This document shows positions 58,223 to 64,000 of a stretch of DNA of 64,000 nt, one piece after another. The stretch's first letter is position 1. Each line of letters begins with the position of its first letter. Under the pieces are notes generated by a model, which ran no database searches, was not told where the DNA came from, and saw only the letters and a list, made by a program, of their open reading frames with translations. The DNA is taken from assembly GCA_016432645.1 (NCBI GenBank), contig CP066698.1, forward strand, positions 197,062 to 261,061, in the 5' to 3' direction. The position numbers and the translations under genes are program-made. The stretch is from Candidatus Falkowbacteria bacterium (GTDB taxonomy: Bacteria > Patescibacteriota > Patescibacteriia > Patescibacteriales > UBA12465).

Positions 58223-58434
58223 TTAATTTTCTTTTTTAGATTAGTCCTAATAACAAAAAATAACGGGAAAACACTTGTCCCGTACACCTTGAATTTATTT
58301 TTAATCTGCCCCTATTTTAACATAGCTTTTTTTTAAAAGCAAATGTTAATTAGGCTGACTTTTCCCCATTTTTAGCTTTTTATCTTGCTATCTTTTACTA
58401 CGATTATGGGGGCTAAGAACTTCAATCTTGGCTC

Positions 58435-58574
58435 TTGACTTTTTATCAAATAGGGGTTAAGATTCAAAGACTTAAGTCCAGAAAGTTATGGACTTAAAGC
58501 CCTAAGATTAATTTTACCCTTTTATTTATTGGTCGTCTTTTAAGAGCTTTAGTCTACAATATTGTAGACTAAAG
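58435..58574 (+). promoter_or_regulatory. sigma70 promoter plus two related palindromic operators
   Basis: TTGACT-17-TAAGAT (58435-58463); TTAAGTCCA-N8-TGGACTTAA (58472-58497); perfect 28-bp palindrome at 58547-58574. Confidence 0.7.
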
Positions 58575-58584
58575 TGCTAAAAAC

Positions 58585-58887
58585 ATGGACAAGTTTGTAG
58601 ATATTAAGAAGCCAAATATCTCTTTAGAGAATGTAGCCAATCCGATTTGGGTATCCGTATCCGAAGCGGCGGCTTTAGGAGGCGTCCAGGGAAAGACTAT
58701 TAGACGGGCTTTGAAGGATGAAAAAGGGACTCTCGTCTTTAAGATTGTTAAAGACCGATATCAAATTGAACTCGGTTCCCTGATTATTTTTTTACATCGG
58801 AATAAAAAGCTGAATAATAAATTGCAAGACTTTGGTTTGGGACAATATGTTAGCGAGTGGAAAGCGGAGACCGAAAAGGAGCGCTAA
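58585..58887 (+). CDS. Small excisionase/MerR-like HTH protein
   Basis: VSVSEAAALGGV..KTIRRAL......F.....RYQI. Confidence 0.75.
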   Translation: MDKFVDIKKPNISLENVANPIWVSVSEAAALGGVQGKTIRRALKDEKGTLVFKIVKDRYQIELGSLIIFLHRNKKLNNKLQDFGLGQYVSEWKAETEKER

Positions 58888-58913
58888 CTTATTTCCTTAA
58901 AACCGTTGCCTAT

Positions 58914-58945
58914 AAAAAAGCCCCTCTGACAAGGAGGGGCTTTTT
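58914..58945 (+). terminator. Terminator of the HTH gene
   Basis: AAAAAGCCCCTC-loop-GAGGGGCTTTTT. Confidence 0.8.
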
Positions 58946-58991
58946 GTTTTAAGCGGAGTTTATCTGACATCAGTTATAATACTTTTGATGT

Positions 58992-59060
58992 GGGCCCGGG
59001 AGTGGTCTCCGTGGCCAGATTTAGCACCCGGCTTCCGGGGTTCGATTCCCCGCGGGTCCA
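58992..59060 (+). ncRNA. Atypical 69-nt tRNA-like RNA with alanine identity
   Basis: Acceptor GGGCCCG/CGGGTCC with G3:U70 and discriminator A; canonical T arm CGGGG-TTCGATT-CCCCG; mini D arm GGAG-TGGT-CTCC; weak anticodon arm containing T-AGC-A; TATAAT at 58975-58980. Confidence 0.7.
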
Positions 59061-59096
59061 CATCTGGTTTGGGCTTAATTGATAACCAAAAAAATA

Positions 59097-59125
59097 TTGA
59101 CTAAGCTTGTCGCTTTTGCTATAAT
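59097..59125 (+). promoter_or_regulatory. sigma70 promoter with no downstream conventional CDS
   Basis: TTGACT-17-TATAAT with an extended -10 (TGC). Confidence 0.75.
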
Positions 59126-59131
59126 AAATTT

Positions 59132-59209
59132 TACGAGTGCTAAATCTGGCGACAATATACAAGACCATTCTGAAGTGTGAAAAACCTCTCCTAAACGGAG
59201 AGGTTTTTT
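59132..59209 (+). ncRNA. Small RNA complementary to the upstream tRNA-like RNA
   Basis: Has its own promoter and terminator (59180-59209). 59134-59153 pairs 18/20 with 59011-59030, and 59162-59171 pairs 10/10 (with G:U) with 58999-59008. Confidence 0.65.
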
Positions 59210-59239
59210 ATTTACCCGCAAGTCTTCATCCGGCAAAAT

Positions 59240-59273
59240 AAAAACCACCTTGGATTCCGTCAAGGTGGTTTTT
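59240..59273 (-). terminator. Terminator of the HU gene
   Basis: AAAAACCACCTTG-loop-CAAGGTGGTTTTT. Confidence 0.75.
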
Positions 59274-59321
59274 GTATATGAGAAACTAAAGTTCTCGGAG
59301 GATAACTGTGTAAGCTAAATA

Positions 59322-59603
59322 CTAAAGAATAGCATCTTTAGCCGCTTTAGCTAAGCGGAACTTAACAACAGTTTTTGCCGGTATCTTGATGGTCTCACCC
59401 GTTGCTGGGTTGCGGCCTTCTCTGGCTTTTCTCTTAACTTTTACTAATTTACCAAATCCTGGAACGATGCATTCACCATTCTTTTTTACTTCCTTATAAA
59501 CAACTTCGGTAAGAGCATCCATAAAGCTACTTACTTGTTTTTTGCTTAACTCTACACTTTCGGCCAAGGCCGCAATCATTTGGGACTTTGTCATTTTGGA
59601 CAT
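59322..59603 (-). CDS. hup: HU family DNA-binding protein
   Basis: MTKSQMI, PGFGK, RKAREGRNPATGETIKIPAK and KFR. Confidence 0.95.
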   Translation of the reverse strand: MSKMTKSQMIAALAESVELSKKQVSSFMDALTEVVYKEVKKNGECIVPGFGKLVKVKRKAREGRNPATGETIKIPAKTVVKFRLAKAAKDAIL

Positions 59604-59736
59604 AGTTTTGTAAATGGAACTAATCAAGAAAGCCCTATTTAAAGCTCTAAAGAAAAGTTCTTTTAATTATATACAATGTTTATAAGGATATTATAGCACA
59701 CTATAAAATATATGCCAATAAATAAAGGGGATATCT

Positions 59737-60477
59737 TTATTTTACTTTATAGGTCAAAGTAACTTCCACCTTAACTTCATTTTGTCCGGACTCAATGCTG
59801 GGGCTGGAAATGGCCTCGGCGCCGGCCACACTCTTCATTTCCAATCTAACATTAGAATAATCCATCATTGGCACATAGCTGGAAGAACTTTCATAAACCC
59901 CAACGATTTTACCTAAATTAAGCCCGGATTCATTGGCAATCATCACTGCTTTTTCTTTAGCTTTTTCAATCGCTAAGGCGCGCGCTTGATTTTTTAAATC
60001 ATATTCATCATCAATCGTGAAGCCGATATTACCGACTTGATTAGCACCTTGTTCGGTAGTTTTAGCGATGATGTCGCCGATTTTTTCTAAGTCTCTAATT
60101 TTTAAAGTCACGTTTTGAGAAACTTGATAACCGCTTAAAACTTGGCCGGATTTTTCCGTCCAGTTATAAACCGGGCTTAATTGGTAATCGGTAGTTTTAA
60201 TATCTTTATCTTCTACTCCCAAACCTTTCACGGCCGCGACAATGGCATTCATTTTTTCCGTGCTGTTTTTAGTCGCTTCGGCGGCAGTTTTTTTGACTTC
60301 AGTTTTAACGCCGACTGTTAGGCTGGCAATATCGGCTTTAGCGTAAACTGTTCCGGAACCGGTCACAGAAAAACGATCCTGCATGTCGTTCTTATTACTA
60401 AAATAAAAGGCGCCAACAATTACTGCGCCGACCACAATAATTCCTAGTGTGGCCAAGAATACTTGGGCTTTTTTCAT
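59737..60477 (-). CDS. SIMPL (DUF541) domain protein
   Basis: SVTGSG.V...ADIA, DIKT..Y.LSP.Y, GANQV and A..KAKEKA..IA. Confidence 0.9.
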   Translation of the reverse strand: MKKAQVFLATLGIIVVGAVIVGAFYFSNKNDMQDRFSVTGSGTVYAKADIASLTVGVKTEVKKTAAEATKNSTEKMNAIVAAVKGLGVEDKDIKTTDYQLSPVYNWTEKSGQVLSGYQVSQNVTLKIRDLEKIGDIIAKTTEQGANQVGNIGFTIDDEYDLKNQARALAIEKAKEKAVMIANESGLNLGKIVGVYESSSSYVPMMDYSNVRLEMKSVAGAEAISSPSIESGQNEVKVEVTLTYKVK

Positions 60478-60525
60478 AACGTTTTTAGTTTAATTAAATA
60501 AATTAGCTTATTGCTTATTTATATT

Positions 60526-60553
60526 AGACGCCAAAAACCGCCAAAAAGTAACA
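60526..60553 (-). promoter_or_regulatory. Possible ECF-type promoter for SIMPL
   Basis: TGTTAC-17-CGTCT, resembling 57601-57627. Confidence 0.45.
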
Positions 60554-60566
60554 AAGAGAGAAATAC

Positions 60567-60643
60567 TGGTGGTCGCTAGTGGATTCGAACCACTGACCTC
60601 CGCGATGTGAACGCGGCGCTCTAACCAGCTGAGCCAAGCGACC
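60567..60643 (-). tRNA. tRNA-Val(CAC)
   Basis: Full cloverleaf, anticodon arm CCGCG-TTCACAT-CGCGG, encoded CCA. Confidence 0.95.
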
Positions 60644-60658
60644 ATTTCCATTTTAAGG

Positions 60659-60742
60659 TGCCCAGAGGGGGATTTGAACCCCCACAGGATTGCTCCTACA
60701 GCGTTCTGAACACTGCGTGTCTACCAATTTCACCATCTGGGC
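60659..60742 (-). tRNA. tRNA-Leu(CAG)
   Basis: Cloverleaf with a long variable arm, anticodon arm CAGTG-TTCAGAA-CGCTG; CCA not fully encoded. Confidence 0.95.
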
Positions 60743-60768
60743 TTATAAATATCTGGCTATATCTTAAA

Positions 60769-61878
60769 TTAATTTTTTGCTTTCGTCCAATTTGGCCGCC
60801 AAGAAGCCAGAAAAGTAGCAATTGGCATTGAAGCCATCACCCCGATACTACCAACCAGCGTCCGCACAATTTCCGTAGTCACCGATTCTGTGTTTAGCGC
60901 CCGGCTAATACTAAGACCGGACTGCTGATTAATTATAAGAAGCAATAATAAGGGTAAGGCCGCTCCGGCATAAGTTAAGAATAAGGTGTTCACAATTGCT
61001 CCTAGATGCGTGTTTCCAACCTTATAAGCGAGCGCGAAAACCTTTCTCGGGGGTAATTTCGGATTAGCCAGCCGAATGCTGTCTACGGCCTCAATTTGCC
61101 CTAAAATGATATCATCCAGAACCCCGATGGCTCCAATTAACATTCCGGCCAATAAGAGCCCCTTAAAATTAATAATGGCATTGCCATTGCCCAGCAAGAA
61201 AAAGGATTCTTCTTGGGCCATACCCGTCAGCCGGGTTAGGTTGCTAAAAATAATTGATAGGAGGAGCGTCAAAATTAATGATAGAAAAACCGAAAAAATA
61301 GCTAAATGTGATTTACGGTTAAAACCTTCGGTTAAATAGATGATAAAAAACATCATCATCAAGCCGCCGATAAGGCTGATTAAAAATGGGTCTCGGCCAT
61401 TTAGAATCTGGGGCAAAATGAACTTGATAATAATAAAAAAACTGACGACTAAACTTAAAAGCGCCCGCAAGCCTTTAACGCGGCCGACGATTATAACCGT
61501 TAGCACAAAAATAAGTGTTAGCCATAAAATCGGACCGCTGCGGACGTAATCAACTACATAATATGTTTCCTGCCCGTTCTCATCGCTAAAGGCGTCAATA
61601 AAAACCTTATCTCCGACTTGATAAGTATTGGCATCGCCCACTTCAATCTCCGAGATGCCATAATAAACGGCCTCCTGCCCCTTTCTATCGCCATCCAGAA
61701 CCTTAAAACGCAGATTTTGCTGGGTAAAGGTGCTACCATCTTCCCTAACTTTCTGAGCCTCTTGTTCAACCTTAATGATTTCCGCCTTAAAACTATCAGC
61801 CTTATCTTGCGCGCTCGCCAGCGGAGCGGCTAAAGCCGATATCAAAAACAAAAAAATAAAAACAAAAGTTTTTTTCAT
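60769..61878 (-). CDS. YibE/F family membrane protein
   Basis: DYVR, KGLRAL, IGAIGVLDD, VNTLFLTYAG and EIVRTLVGSIG. Confidence 0.9.
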   Translation of the reverse strand: MKKTFVFIFLFLISALAAPLASAQDKADSFKAEIIKVEQEAQKVREDGSTFTQQNLRFKVLDGDRKGQEAVYYGISEIEVGDANTYQVGDKVFIDAFSDENGQETYYVVDYVRSGPILWLTLIFVLTVIIVGRVKGLRALLSLVVSFFIIIKFILPQILNGRDPFLISLIGGLMMMFFIIYLTEGFNRKSHLAIFSVFLSLILTLLLSIIFSNLTRLTGMAQEESFFLLGNGNAIINFKGLLLAGMLIGAIGVLDDIILGQIEAVDSIRLANPKLPPRKVFALAYKVGNTHLGAIVNTLFLTYAGAALPLLLLLIINQQSGLSISRALNTESVTTEIVRTLVGSIGVMASMPIATFLASWRPNWTKAKN

Positions 61879-61890
61879 GTTAAATAATAA

Positions 61891-62832
61891 TTAGGAATTT
61901 TTCAGGGAGGCGGAGAGACGAATTTTCTTTTTATTATATTTAACCGAGAGAAATAAAAATAAACCGAGCAAGCCCATCATCACGACCGGCGAAAACCAGA
62001 ACGGGAATTCCATGCCGAAACTTTCTAAAACCATAATGGAACCCAAGACGCCAATGGCATACATCGCTCCATTTTTTAAGAATTCAAATTTGGTAATGAA
62101 GTCTATGCCTCTGATTGTCAGTTCCCGCACCACAAAGGCTCCCAGGCCATTACCAATAATAATCAGCGGAATGCTCATCGTAAAAGCGAAGGCGCCGATA
62201 ACGCCATCAATCGAAAAGGAAGTATCTAGAACTTCCAAATAAAAAATCTTGCTCCAAGCGCTCATTGAAGGGTCCATCAGCTGCTTTTCCTTCTCTTCCG
62301 CATTCTTTTTAAAACCATCGGTAATAAAGAAAGCGGAGACACCGATAGTCGCCGCTAAAGCCAAAATGGCGTTTTCTTTTAAGGAAAAATAAACAACGCC
62401 AGTTGTCACCAGCGAAGCCAGCGCGTAAAACCAAACTCCTTGGCGATGAATAAAACCTTCAACCATAAAGGCATACTTTTTTTCCTCCAAAAATAACCAA
62501 GATAAAAACACTAAAAACAAGTAAATACCGCCACCAAGGAGTAATAATGGCTTGGAGTGCTCTAGGTAGCCCTTGACCTCTTCGCTATTAGAAAAAGCGG
62601 CCGTAACCACCTGCCCGAGATTTAAGTCCGGATTGGCAATCCAAACAATTAAAAACGGTAGGACGCCTCTAACAACAAAGACAGCAAATAATAAGCCCCA
62701 TAGTAAAAATATCTTGCGATATTTTTCCGGCATCGTCTTGAGAACATGGGCATTAACGACGGCATTGTCCACACTGCTGATAACCTCAAAAATACACAGC
62801 CCAATAATAATCACGATGACGCTCCAAATCAT
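61891..62832 (-). CDS. DUF475 / TerC-like membrane protein
   Basis: SVDNAVVNA, YLEVLDTSFSIDGVIGAFA and LKNGAMYAI. Confidence 0.9.
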   Translation of the reverse strand: MIWSVIVIIIGLCIFEVISSVDNAVVNAHVLKTMPEKYRKIFLLWGLLFAVFVVRGVLPFLIVWIANPDLNLGQVVTAAFSNSEEVKGYLEHSKPLLLLGGGIYLFLVFLSWLFLEEKKYAFMVEGFIHRQGVWFYALASLVTTGVVYFSLKENAILALAATIGVSAFFITDGFKKNAEEKEKQLMDPSMSAWSKIFYLEVLDTSFSIDGVIGAFAFTMSIPLIIIGNGLGAFVVRELTIRGIDFITKFEFLKNGAMYAIGVLGSIMVLESFGMEFPFWFSPVVMMGLLGLFLFLSVKYNKKKIRLSASLKNS

Positions 62833-62856
62833 ACTAATTTATTTTTAATTTATTAA

Positions 62857-63378
62857 TTAAGCAGCCGCGGCGTAAGGGCCGGAAGGAATATAAGTCCGTG
62901 CTTTTAATTCCTGGTCTATCATATAAATAACCGACCCCTCGGAACCAGCTAAATTTAATTTATCTAGAATTTCTACGGCATTAGCTTCCTCTTCGACTTG
63001 CTCGTCAACATACCATTTAATAAATGATTCCAAGGCAGAATCCTTTTCCTCTTTAGCTAGTTGGTGAATATTACTGATGCGTTCGGTAATATGCTGCTCG
63101 TGTTTCAAGCCAGCGCTAAATATATCTTTAATATTCTTTAGACCCGACAAATCCGGCTTGGCAATCGCCTCTAAAACCGGTTCTTCGTTGCGATCTAAAA
63201 GAAAACGATAAAAACCTAAGGCATGATCATTTTCCTCTTTAGCCTGGATATTCATCCAATTAGCAGCTCCCTTTAGGCCCTTTTTCTCTAAAAAAGCGGC
63301 GAAAGCCAAATAAAGATAGGATGAGTAGAATTCCTCATTTATCTGCTTATTTAAAATGTCTTTTATTTTACTGGTCAT
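62857..63378 (-). CDS. ftnA: Non-heme ferritin
   Basis: LNKQINEEFYSSYLY, EENDHA, HEQHIT and WYVDEQVEEE. Confidence 0.95.
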   Translation of the reverse strand: MTSKIKDILNKQINEEFYSSYLYLAFAAFLEKKGLKGAANWMNIQAKEENDHALGFYRFLLDRNEEPVLEAIAKPDLSGLKNIKDIFSAGLKHEQHITERISNIHQLAKEEKDSALESFIKWYVDEQVEEEANAVEILDKLNLAGSEGSVIYMIDQELKARTYIPSGPYAAAA

Positions 63379-63497
63379 ATGTTTAATATTAGTTAATTAA
63401 TACTTTATTATAGGGTTATTATAGCATTCTTTAATGAATTAGCAAAAAATAAAAAAACGCCCAACTCGGAGTTGAACGATTTTTTATTTTTCTGGAT

Positions 63498-63632
63498 TTA
63501 GTGCTTAATGTTGTGTTTCAACTTTTTAGCCGCCTTCTCTTCGAGCATTACGCGCTTAGCTTCTAATCTTTTTGCGGTCTTGCGGGAATGGGTCGGTTTC
63601 ATTTTGCCGACGCCGGTGCTTCTTTTAGCCAT
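63498..63632 (-). CDS. Small 44-aa basic protein (not in the ORF track)
   Basis: MAKRSTGVGKMKPTHSRKTAKRLEAKRVMLEEKAAKKLKHNIKH. It forms a GC-richer island in an AT-rich spacer and is followed by a terminator-like hairpin. Confidence 0.7.
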   Translation of the reverse strand: MAKRSTGVGKMKPTHSRKTAKRLEAKRVMLEEKAAKKLKHNIKH

Positions 63633-63776
63633 AGATGTATTTTATAAAATAGTTTATTTAACTTTATTATCTTAACCTAAAGCTCAAATAAAATCAATCT
63701 TTTTGACAATAATGAAGCATTATGATAATTTAAAGGATAATTCTGAATATTTTTGAACCTTAAAAATAAGTAAAAA

Positions 63777-64000
63777 ATGAGAAAACCAAAAATTTTGCCA
63801 TTTGCTTCTGGGACGAAAGACGGGGGCGGCTCTGGATTTGAAGTCTTATTCCACGCGATTGAGGCGGGAAAATTGAACGCCGAAATGGTCGGCGTAGTCT
63901 CTAATCATGCTCATGGTGGCGTACGCGAACGCGCTGACCGCCTGGGCATTCCCTTTTACTTCATGGCTTCTTTTGAAGCTGAGGATTACCAAAAAATTGC
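63777..64000 (+). CDS. purN: Phosphoribosylglycinamide formyltransferase-like protein, 3'-truncated
   Basis: FASGTKDGGGSGF...G.LNAE.VGVVSNH..GGV.ERA.RLGIP. Confidence 0.8.
   Translation, partial: MRKPKILPFASGTKDGGGSGFEVLFHAIEAGKLNAEMVGVVSNHAHGGVRERADRLGIPFYFMASFEAEDYQKI

Noticed and set aside
59036..59060. attR remnant of a tRNA/tmRNA 3' end
   Set aside because: The matching 5' acceptor strand and a D-like arm are present, and no integrated element is adjacent. Not fully excluded.
59079..59180. 33-aa TTG-start ORF as a conventional gene
   Set aside because: Its 5' half coincides with the -35/-10 promoter and there is no RBS. Only the 3' part lies in the predicted transcript.
58992..59209. 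Standard one-piece or classical permuted tmRNA, or 6S RNA
   Set aside because: Both acceptor strands lie within 69 nt with no message between them. The order does not fit permutation. An internal T arm and promoter do not fit 6S.
58974..59263. Minus-strand 64-aa and 62-aa ORFs
   Set aside because: They run antisense across a tRNA-like fold and terminators and have no protein-like features.
1..64000. Alternative genetic code (UGA=Gly as in Gracilibacteria)
   Set aside because: Conserved genes are full length under code 11, and TGA acts as a stop (e.g. 37587-37589).

Overview
A 64 kb, low-GC chromosomal segment from a Patescibacteria (CPR) bacterium, most likely Parcubacteria or Falkowbacteria-like. 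This placement is inferred from gene content: a DUF4012 protein, a wHTH-nucleotidyltransferase-like protein, a large S-layer-type protein, pilin-core/VWA fusions and a TTCGG-N6-TTCGG box before lexA. The window appears to span the replication terminus. A dif-like site (6520-6547) lies just upstream of a single Xer recombinase, and gene orientation flips from all + to mostly - around it. Housekeeping genes include serS, alr, ftsQ-like, gltX, corA, rplJ/rplL with an L10 leader, streamlined uvrB/A/C, lexA, gpsA, HU, ferritin, purN-like, tRNA-Val(CAC) and tRNA-Leu(CAG). There is a surface-glycan cluster, interleaved with secreted proteins whose signals look Bacteroidota-like, and an ECF sigma / anti-sigma / S-layer locus. 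The strongest unexplained signal is a non-coding locus at 58975-59209. It holds a 69-nt mini-tRNA with alanine identity (G3:U70, AGC triplet), followed by a separately promoted and terminated small RNA. That small RNA is complementary to the mini-tRNA's D and anticodon arms and carries a start-less reading frame beginning at the paired GCT codon, reminiscent of a tmRNA split into two genes. All calls were made by eye, with no database searches or folding runs.
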